This document shows positions 27,031 through 37,401 of a DNA stretch of 40,826 nt, in pieces. Every line of letters begins with the position of its first letter. The stretch's first letter is position 1. Position numbers and translations under genes: made by a program. Source of the DNA: Proteobacteria bacterium UBA664 (GTDB lineage: Bacteria > Pseudomonadota > Gammaproteobacteria > UBA7966). The DNA lies in contig DBNU01000178.1 in NCBI GenBank assembly GCA_002299125.1, forward strand, positions 735 to 41,560. Direction: 5' to 3'. The notes beneath the pieces are model-generated. The model was not told the DNA's origin. It saw only the letters and a list, made by a program, of their open reading frames with translations, and ran no database searches.

Positions 27031-28242
27031 ATGTCCGCCATCGATGATCCTGAACGCCAGCCGCCCCGCCTCGCCACCCGCGCCGTGCGCGCCGGGCAGG
27101 TCCGTGGCCCCGAGGGCGAGCACTCCGAGCCCATCTACACCACCTCGAGCTTCGTCTTTGCCTCGGCCGCCGAGGCGGCCGCGCGTTTCGCCGGCACCGA
27201 GCCCGGGAATGTCTACTCGCGCTTCACCAATCCCACGGTGCGTGCCTTCGAGGAGCGTCTGAACGCCCTCGAGGGTGGGCTGCGCTGCATCGCCACCGCG
27301 ACCGGCATGGCCGCCATCTCGGCGACCACGCTCGCGCTCTGTCAGGCGGGCGATCACGTGGTCAGCTCACGCGCGATCTTCGGTGCCAGTCTGCAATGGT
27401 TCGAGCAGTGGTTGCCGCGCTATGGCATCGAGGTGACACTGGTCGCGCAGGACGACCTCGATGCTTGGCGTGCGGCACTTGCTCGACCCACTCGGCTCGT
27501 CTTCCTCGAGACCCCCTCCAATCCGCTCATGCGACTGGCCGACATCGCAGCGCTTGCGGATCTCGTGCACGCAGCGGGGGCCCTGCTCGCCGTGGACAAC
27601 TGCTTCTGTACACCGATCCTGCAGCGGCCGTTCGAACTGGGGGCCGACCTCGTCATCCACTCGGCCACCAAATACCTGGACGGTCAGGGCCGCCTGCTCG
27701 GGGGGGCGGTGCTGGCACGGGACGCCGCCGTCGCCGAGGCGGTTCATGGCTTCCTGCGTACGGCAGGTCCGAGCATGAGCGCGATGAACGCCTGGGTGTT
27801 CCTGAAAGGGCTGGAAACCCTGCCGCTGCGGATCCTTGCGCACAGTGACGCGGCCTTGATCGTGGCGCGCTGGCTCGAGGCCCGCCCTGAGGTGCTGCGC
27901 GTGCACTACCCCTTCCTCGATTCGCATCCGCAGCAGGCGCTCGCCCGTCGGCAGCAGTCGGCCGGTGGTGGCATCGTCAGCTTCGAACTGCACGGTGGGC
28001 GGGAGGCGGCGTGGCGCCTCATCGATGCGCTGCGCTGGTTCTCCATTACGGCGAACCTCGGCGACACACGCAGCACCGTTACGCATCCGGCAACCACCAC
28101 GCACGGGCGTCTTGCCGCCGAGACACGCGCTGCGGCTGGAATTGGCGACAATCTGGTGCGGCTTTCCATCGGGCTCGAAGCCGTGGAAGACCTGCTCGAG
28201 GATCTCGATGCTGCACTTCGATGCTGCGCGGCAACAAACTGA
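27031..28242 (+). CDS. metZ: O-succinylhomoserine sulfhydrylase / cystathionine gamma-synthase-family PLP enzyme (MetZ-like)
   Basis: Cys/Met-metabolism PLP family motifs (TRAVRAGQ, EPIYTTSSFVF, YSRFTNPT, HSATKYLDGQG). The protein is 403 aa. Confidence 0.8.
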   Translation: MSAIDDPERQPPRLATRAVRAGQVRGPEGEHSEPIYTTSSFVFASAAEAAARFAGTEPGNVYSRFTNPTVRAFEERLNALEGGLRCIATATGMAAISATTLALCQAGDHVVSSRAIFGASLQWFEQWLPRYGIEVTLVAQDDLDAWRAALARPTRLVFLETPSNPLMRLADIAALADLVHAAGALLAVDNCFCTPILQRPFELGADLVIHSATKYLDGQGRLLGGAVLARDAAVAEAVHGFLRTAGPSMSAMNAWVFLKGLETLPLRILAHSDAALIVARWLEARPEVLRVHYPFLDSHPQQALARRQQSAGGGIVSFELHGGREAAWRLIDALRWFSITANLGDTRSTVTHPATTTHGRLAAETRAAAGIGDNLVRLSIGLEAVEDLLEDLDAALRCCAATN

Positions 28243-28504
28243 CCCGACTGCGCAACCGGTACGGTGTTGCCATATTGCTGTGCAGCATCAAAGGCTTGGC
28301 GTTTCAATCCCGCGTTGCGCCTCGCAAAATGCGCGTGCTAGAGTCCCATCCCGATTTAGGCGGTGCGCGCTTGTGACAGAGACCTGCGAAGTCACGCATC
28401 AACCATGAACCCCCTCCCGTTGCATCCGCGTGACGCCTCAGTTCCGGGTATTCCCGGCTGCCAAGGCGCGCCGACGCACGTCATCCTGCAAGGAGCAACC
28501 GCCC

Positions 28505-29680
28505 ATGGCCGGTCGTAATTTCCTCTTCATCCCGGGTCCGACCAACATCCCCGATCGCATCATGCGGGCGATGCACCTCGCGCAGGAGGACATGCGCGCC
28601 CCGGATCTGCCTGCGTTCACCAAGCCGCTCTACGAGGATGTGAAGAAGGTCCTCAAGACGGACACCGGTCGGGTGTTCATCTTCCCGGCCAGTGGCACCG
28701 GCGGCTGGGAAGCGGCCATCCAGAACACCCTTTCCCCGGGTGACAAGGTGCTGATGTCCGGCTTCGGCCATTTCAGCAACCTCTGGATCGACATGAACCG
28801 ACGCTTCGGGCTCGATGTCCAGGCCCTGGATGTCGAGTGGGGCGAGGGGGTGCCGGCCGAGCAGTACTACGAGATCCTCGCGGCCGACACGAAGCACGAG
28901 ATCAAGGGCGTCTTCGCCACCCACAACGAGACCGCGACCGGTGTCGCCAGCGACATCGCCGCCGTGCGCAAGGCGCTGGATGCCGCCAAGCATCCCGCCC
29001 TGCTGTACGTGGACGGTGTGAGCTCGGTGGCCTCCATCGATTTCCGCATGGACGAATGGGGCGTGGACCTCATCGTGTCGGGCTCGCAGAAGGGCTTCAT
29101 GCTGCCCACCGGTCTCGCCATCGTCGGTGTCAGCCAGAAGGCGCTCGAGGCCATGAAGACGGCCAAGCTCCCACGCTGTTTTTTCGATTTCGCCGATCAG
29201 ATCCGTACCAACGATCTGGGGTACTTCCCCTACACGCCGCCGATGCTCCTGCTGCGTGGCCTGCGCGAATCGCTGAACATGATCGCCGAAGAGGGTCTGG
29301 AGAACATCTTCGCCCGTCACCATCGCTATGCCGAGGCCATTCGCCGCGCGGTCTCCGCATGGGGGCTGTCGTTGGTGGCCAAGGAGCCCAAGTGGTACTC
29401 CGACACCGTGAGCGCCATCTACGTGCCGGAAGGCATCAACAGCAATGACGTCAACAAGCACGCCTACGGTCGCTACAACCTTTCGCTTTCGATCGGGTTG
29501 GCGAAGGTCGCAGGCAAGGCCTTCCGCATCGGTCACCTGGGAGACCTCAACGAGCTCATGGTCCTGGCGACCATCTCGGTGACGGAGATGGCGCTGCTCG
29601 ATGCCGGTGTGAAGGTGGAACTCGGCTCCGGCGTCGCGGCAGCCCAAGGCTATCTGCGCGGGACGGCCAAGGCCATCTGA
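28505..29680 (+). CDS. sga: Serine-glyoxylate aminotransferase (class V aminotransferase)
   Basis: FIPGPTNIPDRIMRAM, NETATGV, GSQKGFMLPTGL and FRIGHLGDLNEL closely follow my recollection of Methylobacterium Sga. AGGAG lies 9 nt upstream of the ATG at 28505. Confidence 0.85.
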   Translation: MAGRNFLFIPGPTNIPDRIMRAMHLAQEDMRAPDLPAFTKPLYEDVKKVLKTDTGRVFIFPASGTGGWEAAIQNTLSPGDKVLMSGFGHFSNLWIDMNRRFGLDVQALDVEWGEGVPAEQYYEILAADTKHEIKGVFATHNETATGVASDIAAVRKALDAAKHPALLYVDGVSSVASIDFRMDEWGVDLIVSGSQKGFMLPTGLAIVGVSQKALEAMKTAKLPRCFFDFADQIRTNDLGYFPYTPPMLLLRGLRESLNMIAEEGLENIFARHHRYAEAIRRAVSAWGLSLVAKEPKWYSDTVSAIYVPEGINSNDVNKHAYGRYNLSLSIGLAKVAGKAFRIGHLGDLNELMVLATISVTEMALLDAGVKVELGSGVAAAQGYLRGTAKAI

Positions 29681-30055
29681 GCCCTGGCTCGCCGTGGGTG
29701 GATGGGCAAGCGCCCCTCCGCCCACGGCCGCAGTCTGGATCGGTACCCGCGGGGGAATGTCCGTGGGCGTGGCAGTCAGTAGCCGGTCCGGCGTCCATCC
29801 CGGTCGGTTCTTCAATCTGTGCCCGGATCCATGCAGTCCGGCTCGACCTGGTCGACGTGACAGGCGGTCCTCGAGTCTCCCGCGGGTGGGGTGTGACCGA
29901 TTTCCGTCGCTTCCCCCGATCTGTCCCCGCGAGTCGCGCGCGCCGCCCTGCTGCCGCAGCCCGGCCGGGCCCCCGCCCGCATCGCGGCGTCCTGCACGTC
30001 GTGCCGAGACGCCCATTGCGGGTCCATCGTTCGCAACCTTCGAGGGGGACCACCC

Positions 30056-31006
30056 ATGAGCTTCACCCAGTTCAAACCCGTCCGCACCCGGCTGCAGCGC
30101 AGCGAGCTGGCGGTGCCCGGCTCCAATCCCACGATGATCGAGAAGGCGCTCACCGCGGACGCCGACTACGTCTTCCTCGACTGTGAGGATGCGGTCGCCC
30201 CGGATCTGAAGGAGACCGCCCGCAAGAACATCATCCAGGCCCTGAATGACCTCGACTGGGCCGGTCACGGCAAGACAGTCTCGGTACGCATCAACGGTCT
30301 CGATACCCACTACATGTATCGCGATGTCGTCGATATCGTCGAGCAGGCAGGGCATAAGCTCGATACCATCCTCATTCCGAAGGCCGGCACGGCAGCCGAC
30401 GTCTATATGGTCGATTGCATGCTCACCCAGATCGAGGAAGCAAAGGGGATCCAGCATCGGATCGGTCTGGAGTGCCTCATCGAGATTGCGCTTGGCATGG
30501 CCAACGTCGAGGCGATTGCCCAGAGCAGCCGCCGACTGGAAGCGCTGCATTTCGGTGTTGCGGATTTTGCGGCGAGCTGCCGCGCCCGCACCGTCAATAT
30601 CGGTGGTCTCAATCCGGATTACCCCGGCGACCAGTGGCACAGTGCCCTGCAGCGCATGGTGATTACCTGCCGAGCCTACGGTCTGCGCGCCATCGATGGT
30701 CCCTTCGGTGATTTCAACGATCCCGAGGGCTATCGCGATGCCGCCCGGCGCGCTGCTGCGATGGGCTATGAGGGCAAGTGGGCCATCCACCCCTCTCAGG
30801 TCGCGCTCGCCAACGAAGTGATGTCGCCACCCGAGAAGGAGGTGGACCGTGCCCGTCGGGTGCTCGTGGCGCTGGATGAGGCGGCCAAAGCCGGCAAGGG
30901 TGCCGCCCAGCTCGACGGCAGGATGATCGACGCCGCTTCGGCCCGCATGGCCGAGAACGTGGTGCGCCAGGCCGACGCCATCGCCGCGCGCTCGGCCAGG
31001 GCCTGA
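30056..31006 (+). CDS. mcl: Malyl-CoA lyase (HpcH/HpaI / CitE-like family)
   Basis: RSELAVPGSNP, FLDCEDAVAPD, INGLDTHYMYRDVVDIVE and GKWAIHPSQ are near-identical to the Methylobacterium MclA motifs I recall. Confidence 0.9.
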   Translation: MSFTQFKPVRTRLQRSELAVPGSNPTMIEKALTADADYVFLDCEDAVAPDLKETARKNIIQALNDLDWAGHGKTVSVRINGLDTHYMYRDVVDIVEQAGHKLDTILIPKAGTAADVYMVDCMLTQIEEAKGIQHRIGLECLIEIALGMANVEAIAQSSRRLEALHFGVADFAASCRARTVNIGGLNPDYPGDQWHSALQRMVITCRAYGLRAIDGPFGDFNDPEGYRDAARRAAAMGYEGKWAIHPSQVALANEVMSPPEKEVDRARRVLVALDEAAKAGKGAAQLDGRMIDAASARMAENVVRQADAIAARSARA

Positions 31007-31066
31007 GCGCGCACCGAGTCAACGCAGCCCTCGTTACCCCTTCAATCGCTTTCCGGAGAACACAGC

Positions 31067-32242
31067 ATGGAAATCCATGAGTATCAGGCCAAGGAGATCC
31101 TCCAGAAGTTCGGTATCCAGACCCCGCCCGGCGGTCTGGCCTACAGCCCAGAGCAGGCCGCCTATCGGGCGCGCGAGATCGGCGGCGAGCGCTGGGTGGT
31201 CAAGGCACAGATCCACTCCGGTGCCCGGGGCAAGGCTGGCGGTATCAAGGTCTGCAGCAATGACGACGAGATCTGGGAGGCCGCCGACGAGCTCCTCGGC
31301 AAGCGCCTCGTTACCCATCAGACCGGGCCGGCCGGCAAGGTAGTGCATCGGCTGTATGTCGAGGCCGCGACCGAGATCGAGCGTGAGATCTACCTCGGCC
31401 TCGTGCTTGATCGGGCCCAAGAGCGCGTCGTGGTGGTGGCCTCTGCCGAAGGCGGCATGGAGATCGAGGAGATCGCCCGGGAACGGCCCGACTCCATCAT
31501 CCGTGCGGCCATCGAACCGGCAGTGGGGATGCAGGACTTCCAGGCGCGTGAGCTCGCCTTCGGCCTCGGTCTGCCCGCCTCGCTCGTGAGCCAGGCCGTG
31601 ACCACCTTCCTCGGTGTCTACCGCGCCTTCCGCGACCTGGATGCGACGATGGTCGAGATCAATCCGCTGGTCATCACCCGCGACGGCCGGCTGCTCGCGC
31701 TGGATGCGAAGATGTCTTTCGACGACAACGCGATCTTCCGGCGCCCGAACATCTCCGAACTGCGGGACAAGTCGCAGGAGGATCCGCGCGAGATGCAGGC
31801 CGCCGACCGTGGTCTGTCCTACGTGGGATTGGACGGCAACATCGGCAACATCATCAACGGCGCGGGTCTGGCCATGGCCACCATGGACATGATCCAGCAC
31901 GCCGGTGGCGAGCCCGCGAACTTCCTCGACATCGGTGGTGGCGCTTCGCCGGAGCGTGTGGCGAAGGCCTTCCGCCTCGTGCTCTCCGACGACAACGTCG
32001 AGGCGATGCTGGTGAACATCTTCGCCGGCATCAACCGCTGCGACTGGGTGGCGGAAGGTGTCGTGCAGGCTGTGCGCAACATCGATCTCAAGATGCCGCT
32101 CGTGGTGCGACTGGCCGGCACCAATGTGGAGGCTGGCCGGCAGATCCTGCGCGACAGTGGTCTGCCCATCATCACCGCCGAGACGCTGGCAGAGGCCGCC
32201 GAGAAGGTGGTCGCCGCGTGGAAACAGGCGACCGGCAAGTAA
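31067..32242 (+). CDS. mtkA: Malate-CoA ligase (malate thiokinase) beta subunit
   Basis: ATP-grasp succinyl-CoA-synthetase-beta fold. The [18 protein letters not shown] motif resembles MtkA rather than E. coli SucC. The gene lies between mcl and mtkB. Confidence 0.8.
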   Translation: MEIHEYQAKEILQKFGIQTPPGGLAYSPEQAAYRAREIGGERWVVKAQIHSGARGKAGGIKVCSNDDEIWEAADELLGKRLVTHQTGPAGKVVHRLYVEAATEIEREIYLGLVLDRAQERVVVVASAEGGMEIEEIARERPDSIIRAAIEPAVGMQDFQARELAFGLGLPASLVSQAVTTFLGVYRAFRDLDATMVEINPLVITRDGRLLALDAKMSFDDNAIFRRPNISELRDKSQEDPREMQAADRGLSYVGLDGNIGNIINGAGLAMATMDMIQHAGGEPANFLDIGGGASPERVAKAFRLVLSDDNVEAMLVNIFAGINRCDWVAEGVVQAVRNIDLKMPLVVRLAGTNVEAGRQILRDSGLPIITAETLAEAAEKVVAAWKQATGK

Positions 32243-32276
32243 GCCGCGGCCAACCGACAGAACGAGGAAAAAAACA

Positions 32277-33176
32277 ATGGCGATTCTTCTGACTTCCGAG
32301 ACCCCGGTCATCGTCCAGGGCTTCACTGGCCAGATCGGCACCTTTCACGCCAAGGAAATGATCGAATACGGCACCCGCGTGGTAGGTGGTGTCACTCCCG
32401 GCAAGGGCGGCACGACCCATCTCGAGCGGCCCGTCTTCAACACCGTCAAGGACGCGGTTCAAGAGACCGGCGCCGAGGCCAGCATCATTTTCGTGCCCGC
32501 GCCCTATGCCGCCGATTCGATCATGGAAGCAGCCGACGCGGGGATCCGCTACTGCGTGGCCATCACCGATGGCATTCCGGCGCACGACATGATCCGGGTG
32601 AAGCGCTACATGCGCCGCTACCGGGTAGAGAACCGCATGCGCCTGACCGGCCCCAACTGTGCCGGTACCATCAGCCCGGGTCAGGGCATGATGGGCATCA
32701 TGCCCGGCCACATCTACATGCGCGGCAACGTCGGTATCGTCGGTCGCTCGGGCACTCTCGGTTACGAGGCTGCATCGCAGATGAAGGCGCTCGGGATCGG
32801 CGTCACCACCTCGGTTGGTATCGGTGGCGACCCAATCAACGGCAGCAGTTTCCGCGACATCCTGGAACTCTTCGAGCAGGATCCAGAGACGAAAGCGGTC
32901 ATGATGATCGGCGAGATCGGTGGTCCGCAGGAGGCCGAGGCCGCGCAGTACGTGCGTGACCACATGAGCAAGCCCGTGGTGGCCTACATCGCCGGTCTCA
33001 CGGCACCGAAGGGTCGTCGCATGGGACATGCCGGCGCGATCATCTCCGCCTTCGGCGAGAGTGCCGCCGAGAAGGTGGAGATCCTGAAGGAGGCCGGTGT
33101 GACGGTGGCACCGAGTCCCGCCGAGCTCGGGGTGACAATGGCGCGCCTGCTGCAGCAGCACGGCATCGCTGCCTGA
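32277..33176 (+). CDS. mtkB: Malate-CoA ligase alpha subunit
   Basis: VQGFTGQIGTFHAKEMIEYGT, GPNCAGTISPG, the phosphohistidine loop GHAGAII, and PKGRRMGHAGAIISAFGESAAEK resemble MtkB. Confidence 0.8.
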   Translation: MAILLTSETPVIVQGFTGQIGTFHAKEMIEYGTRVVGGVTPGKGGTTHLERPVFNTVKDAVQETGAEASIIFVPAPYAADSIMEAADAGIRYCVAITDGIPAHDMIRVKRYMRRYRVENRMRLTGPNCAGTISPGQGMMGIMPGHIYMRGNVGIVGRSGTLGYEAASQMKALGIGVTTSVGIGGDPINGSSFRDILELFEQDPETKAVMMIGEIGGPQEAEAAQYVRDHMSKPVVAYIAGLTAPKGRRMGHAGAIISAFGESAAEKVEILKEAGVTVAPSPAELGVTMARLLQQHGIAA

Positions 33177-33284
33177 CGGCGATCCGGCGCGCAGCCCTTG
33201 CACCCGCCCGGTGCCGGCCCTCCGTGGGTCGGTGCCGCGCGGGTGTTTCGTGGCAAACCCCTACGAGTATCCCCGGAGCCTGAA

Positions 33285-34256
33285 ATGAGCAAGCCGAAGA
33301 TCCTGATAACCCGTGCCTGGCCAAAGCAGGTCGAGGATGACCTCGCGGGCCGCTATGAAGTCACTCGCAACACCAGCGATGTACCAATGACGGTCGCAGA
33401 GCTGCAACAGGCGCTCCGCGATCACGATGCGGTCTGCCCGACAGTCAGCGATCGAATCACGGCCGAGGTGCTCTCGGTGAGACCGCTGCGCACGAAGATC
33501 CTCGGTAACTTCGGTGTTGGCTTCAATCACATCGACCTCGAGGCTGCCCGCGCGGCCGGTGTCACGGTAAGCAACACCCCGGAAGTGCTGACGGACTGTA
33601 CGGCGGACACCGCGATGACAGTCATGCTGATGATTGCGCGCCGAGCCGGCGAGGGTGAACGCCACGTGCGCACCAAGGCTTGGACCGGCTGGCGCCCCAC
33701 CCACATGATGGGCACCAAGGTGACCGGCAAGACGCTCGGCCTCATCGGGTTTGGGCGCATCGCCCGGGCGATGGCCCACAAGGCCCACCATGGCTTCGAT
33801 ATGCGCATCCTCTTCAACGACCCCTTCCCGCCGCCCGCCGAAGTGAGTGCCGCCCTCGGTGCCACGGCCCTGCCGACCGTCGAGGACGTGCTGCGGCAGG
33901 CGGATTTCGTCGCCTTGCACTGCCCCGGTGGCAAGGATACCTACCACCTCATGAACGCCGAGCGTCTGCGGCTGATGAAGCCCGGCGCCTTTCTCATCAA
34001 TACGGCCCGTGGCGATGTGGTGGATGAGGCGGCGCTCATCGAGGCGCTCCGTGCCGGCGCCATCGCCGGTGCCGGTCTCGATGTGTTCGAGCGCGAACCC
34101 CAGGTATCCGAGGCCTTGCTCGGAATGGAGAACGTTGTCCTGTTGCCCCACCTCGGCTCTGCGACCACCGAAACGCGAGTGGCCATGGGTATGCGCGTCG
34201 CCCAGAACCTCGATCTCTTCTTCTCTGGTCAGCCACTGCGCGACAAGGTGGTCTGA
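33285..34256 (+). CDS. D-isomer-specific 2-hydroxyacid dehydrogenase, probable hydroxypyruvate/glyoxylate reductase
   Basis: NAD fold GLIGFGRIARAM, plus LINTARGDVVDE and PHLGSAT motifs. The function is inferred from its position inside the serine-cycle block. Confidence 0.7.
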   Translation: MSKPKILITRAWPKQVEDDLAGRYEVTRNTSDVPMTVAELQQALRDHDAVCPTVSDRITAEVLSVRPLRTKILGNFGVGFNHIDLEAARAAGVTVSNTPEVLTDCTADTAMTVMLMIARRAGEGERHVRTKAWTGWRPTHMMGTKVTGKTLGLIGFGRIARAMAHKAHHGFDMRILFNDPFPPPAEVSAALGATALPTVEDVLRQADFVALHCPGGKDTYHLMNAERLRLMKPGAFLINTARGDVVDEAALIEALRAGAIAGAGLDVFEREPQVSEALLGMENVVLLPHLGSATTETRVAMGMRVAQNLDLFFSGQPLRDKVV

Positions 34257-37027
34257 TGGACCTCAAGCAACTCTTCCCGGTATCGGAGGCCGTCGATCCC
34301 CACGAGGACGCCATCTCGGCCGCTGTCGTCGGTTACACGAACGGCGTGGTTACCTTGCTGTTCAACCTCCTCGTCGAGGTGGTGGCTGAACGTGAACCAG
34401 CCGTGGCAGGAGTGCTGCGCGGGCATCAGGCCATTGATGCCGAGAGTCGTTCGCTGTTGCTGCGTGTGCTGCAGGCGCAGGGGATCTGGTTCCAGCTTCT
34501 CAACATCGCTGAAGAAAACGCGGGCATGCGCCGTCGCCGCACCATCGAGACGGAGCGCGGACTGGCGTCGGTGAACGGCACCTTCGCCAATGTGTTTGCC
34601 CGCGCCGCCGCCGCGGGTGTCACTGCTGAGGAAGTGCAGCGGATCCTCGATCAGGCATCGGTACGCTCGACCATCACGGCACATCCGACCGAGGCGCGTC
34701 GGGTCACGGTCATGCAGATCCATCGGCGCATCTACCTCCTGCTCATGCAATTGGAGGAATCGCGCTGGACGCCGCGTGAACGTGAGCGCATCAAGGCCGA
34801 GCTGCGCACCGAGATTGAACTTCTCTGGCTTACCGGTGAACTGCGTCTGGAGAAGCCCAGTGTCGAACAGGAGGTGCAGTGGGGGCTGCACTTCTTCCAG
34901 GAATCCATCATGGACCGCGTGCCGGAGGTACTTGAGCGCCTTGAGGGGGCCCTCGGTGACGCCTACCCCGGCCAGTCCTTCCATATTCCGCCGCTGCTCC
35001 AGTTCGGCTCCTGGATCGGTGGTGATCGCGACGGCAATCCCTTCGTGACCAACGAGGTGACGGCAAAGACAGTACGCACCCATCGCCTGACCGCCCTCGG
35101 GCATTACCGGGTACGTCTGATCGAGCTCGTGCGCCGATTGAGTCTCGCCGATCATGCGCTCGATTTCCCGCAGGAATTCCGCGAGGCCCTCGCTGCCGCC
35201 TGCCGCCTCGTACCGGAGGCCGCGATCATTCAGGTGCGCAACCGTGGCGAGTGTCTGCGGCAGTTCGTCGCCTGCATGCTTGCGCGCCTCGATGTCACCA
35301 TTGCTGACACTGAGGCGGCACTCGCCGATGCGAGCCCGGCGGCCTACCGCTCTGCGGAAGAGATGCTTGCCGACCTGCGTCTGCTCGAGCGCACGCTGTC
35401 GTCGCTGCGGTCTGACCGGCTCTCTCGCTTGCTGGTGCAACCCTTGCGGCAGGAGCTGGAGACCTTCGGCTTCCGTACTGTCGCACTGGACCTGCGTGAC
35501 AACACCACCACGACCAACCGGGCGCTTGCGGCGTTGTGGTGTCTGCAGCATGGTGAAGGTGCCACGCCGCCGGACTCCCGCTCCCGGGAGTGGCTGGACT
35601 GGTTGGTGACGCAACTCACCCTTCCGCCCGAACAGTTCGCGACGCTCAGTGTCATCCCGACTGATGCGGAGTCCACCATCGGCATGCTGGCCGTCGTCCG
35701 TGACGGAGCCAGCCGTCTGGATGCGCAGGCCTTCAACGCGATGGTGCTCAGCATGACGCGTTGCGCCGCGGACGTGCTGGGTGTGTATCTGCTGGCACGC
35801 CACGCCGGGCTGGTGACGGGTTCTGCCGGATCCGAGTACAGCACGCTGGTCGTGGTCCCGCTGTTCGAGACCATCGATGATCTCCGTGCTGCGCCTGACA
35901 TCATGCGCGAGCTGCTCGGGCACGCCTTCGTGCGGCGCACGGTGGATGCGCAGGGTGGTGTACAGGAAGTCATGATCGGCTACTCCGACAGCAACAAGGA
36001 TGGGGGTTACTTCACTGCCAACTGGGAGCTGCACAAGGCGCAGAAGGTACTCACCGCACTCTCGGAGGAATTGGGTGTGCCCATCTCCTTCTTCCATGGG
36101 CGTGGTGGCTCGGTTTCGCGCGGTGGGGCACCCATCGGCATCGCCATCGGCGCGCAGCCGGCGGGTTCGGTCAACGGCAGGCTGCGCCTGACCGTCCAGG
36201 GAGAAGTGGTCTCCGGCCGTTTTGCCAACCGCGGTACGGCCGGTTACGAACTCGAACTGCTGGCCTCCAGCGTGCTGCGGCATTCCCTGCTTGCCCCGCG
36301 TGATCGCGAGGCACAGGAGCGCCCCGAATTCGACGCCATCATGGGAGAACTCTCCGACCGCTCCTACGCAATCTATCGGCAGCTCGTGGAGCAGCCCGGC
36401 CTCGTGAACTATTACGAGGCGGCGAGCCCGGTGGAGGAGCTCACCCTGCTCAACATCGGGTCGCGTCCGGCCCGACGCTTCGGGGCCAAGACCTTGGGTG
36501 ACCTGCGCGCGATCCCTTGGGTATTCGCCTGGACGCAGAATCGCCATCTGGTGCCTAACTGGTACGGCGTCGGCTCTGCCCTGCAGGGCTACCTTGCGGA
36601 TCACGGTGAGCGCGCCATGTCCGCACTCCGTCGTCTGTACGAGGAGTCGCGACTGTTCCGGATGGTGATGGACGAGGTAGAGAAGACCCTCCCGCAGGTG
36701 GATCTGGCCATTGCTCGCGAGTACGCCAATCTGCTGGAAGACGAGCCAACGCGCGAACGCATCTTCTCGCTCATCGAGGCTGAGTACTGGCTGACGGTGC
36801 GCCATGTGCTGATGCTCTCGGGCCGCCCGCGACTCTGTGATCGTTTCCCACTCTTCCGCCGTCGGCTCTCCCGCCGCCTTCCCACCATCAACGCGGTGGG
36901 TCTCGAGCAGGTCCGACTGGTGCGGCGCTTCCGTGCCGAAAAACAGGAGAACGACTCCGCCGAGTGGCTGGTGCCGCTGCTGTTGTCCATCAGTTGCATC
37001 GCTGCCGGCCTCGGCTGGACGGGCTAG
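34256..37027 (+). CDS. ppc: Phosphoenolpyruvate carboxylase
   Basis: Motifs [31 protein letters not shown] and [14 protein letters not shown]. The start ATG overlaps the stop of the upstream dehydrogenase. The C-terminus reads AAGLGWTG. Confidence 0.95.
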   Translation: MDLKQLFPVSEAVDPHEDAISAAVVGYTNGVVTLLFNLLVEVVAEREPAVAGVLRGHQAIDAESRSLLLRVLQAQGIWFQLLNIAEENAGMRRRRTIETERGLASVNGTFANVFARAAAAGVTAEEVQRILDQASVRSTITAHPTEARRVTVMQIHRRIYLLLMQLEESRWTPRERERIKAELRTEIELLWLTGELRLEKPSVEQEVQWGLHFFQESIMDRVPEVLERLEGALGDAYPGQSFHIPPLLQFGSWIGGDRDGNPFVTNEVTAKTVRTHRLTALGHYRVRLIELVRRLSLADHALDFPQEFREALAAACRLVPEAAIIQVRNRGECLRQFVACMLARLDVTIADTEAALADASPAAYRSAEEMLADLRLLERTLSSLRSDRLSRLLVQPLRQELETFGFRTVALDLRDNTTTTNRALAALWCLQHGEGATPPDSRSREWLDWLVTQLTLPPEQFATLSVIPTDAESTIGMLAVVRDGASRLDAQAFNAMVLSMTRCAADVLGVYLLARHAGLVTGSAGSEYSTLVVVPLFETIDDLRAAPDIMRELLGHAFVRRTVDAQGGVQEVMIGYSDSNKDGGYFTANWELHKAQKVLTALSEELGVPISFFHGRGGSVSRGGAPIGIAIGAQPAGSVNGRLRLTVQGEVVSGRFANRGTAGYELELLASSVLRHSLLAPRDREAQERPEFDAIMGELSDRSYAIYRQLVEQPGLVNYYEAASPVEELTLLNIGSRPARRFGAKTLGDLRAIPWVFAWTQNRHLVPNWYGVGSALQGYLADHGERAMSALRRLYEESRLFRMVMDEVEKTLPQVDLAIAREYANLLEDEPTRERIFSLIEAEYWLTVRHVLMLSGRPRLCDRFPLFRRRLSRRLPTINAVGLEQVRLVRRFRAEKQENDSAEWLVPLLLSISCIAAGLGWTG

Positions 37028-37043
37028 GGGAAATCCGCTTTGT

Positions 37044-37067
37044 GCCCAGGAACGCGGGTTCCTGGGC
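37044..37067 (+). terminator. Perfect 10-bp stem / 4-nt loop hairpin 17 nt after the ppc stop
   Basis: Sequence is GCCCAGGAAC-GCGG-GTTCCTGGGC. No U-tract follows, so the terminator function is an assumption. Confidence 0.4.
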
Positions 37068-37173
37068 AGGGGTGGGGTGAGGGGCGCTCCCCGATGGCGT
37101 CGATGCTCGCCTCGGGGATTGCGTTGGTATCGCGCCCGCCGTCAGCCCCGCGCCCTCCGTCATCTCCATGCCC

Positions 37174-37259
37174 TTTGTCATCCCCGCGCAGGCGGGGATC
37201 CAGTCCTTCCGAAGCCAAGGCGCGATCACTCTGGATCCCGCCTTCGCGGGGATGACAAG
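37174..37259. repeat. Inverted pair of REP-like palindromic units (core ATCCCCGC-N4-GCGGGGAT)
   Basis: The unit TTTGTCATCCCCGCGCAGGCGGGGATCCAG occupies 37174-37203. Its near-reverse-complement CTGGATCCCGCCTTCGCGGGGATGACAAG occupies 37231-37259. The two are separated by 27 nt. Confidence 0.8.
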
Positions 37260-37401
37260 CGGTTCAAGGCCGTGCCCGCCTGCGGGCGAATCTCAACGCC
37301 TCCCGTGCGGGGCCGCTACAGACGCCAGCGACGTTCCATCCGGCTGGAGAGAGAGGCCGTGAAGAAATCGTCGCGAGCGGCCCGGTCTCAATGCCTGAGG
37401 C

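Noticed and set aside
28481-30790. A 769-aa ORF on the minus strand spanning sga, the sga-mcl gap and mcl.
   Set aside because: It runs antisense to two genes with unmistakable family motifs. Its translation is Arg/Gly/Ala/Asp-rich with no recognisable domain. Long antisense ORFs are expected in high-GC DNA.
31067-33176. Annotating the ligase pair as succinyl-CoA synthetase SucCD.
   Set aside because: The sequence motifs ([18 protein letters not shown] in the beta subunit, the MtkB-like alpha subunit) and the position between mcl and hpr/ppc fit malate thiokinase better. Phylogeny is still needed.
34229-36805. An 858-aa ORF on the minus strand.
   Set aside because: It is entirely antisense to ppc, which carries all the canonical PEPC motifs. 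The same reasoning applies to the antisense ORFs 8807-9796, 12772-13848, 21292-22446, 31034-32341, 32172-33203 and 37264-38007.
37040-37362. Small ORFs encoding peptides such as MPFVIPAQAGIQSF and LDPAFAGMT.
   Set aside because: They are translations of the REP-like palindromic repeats, not genes.
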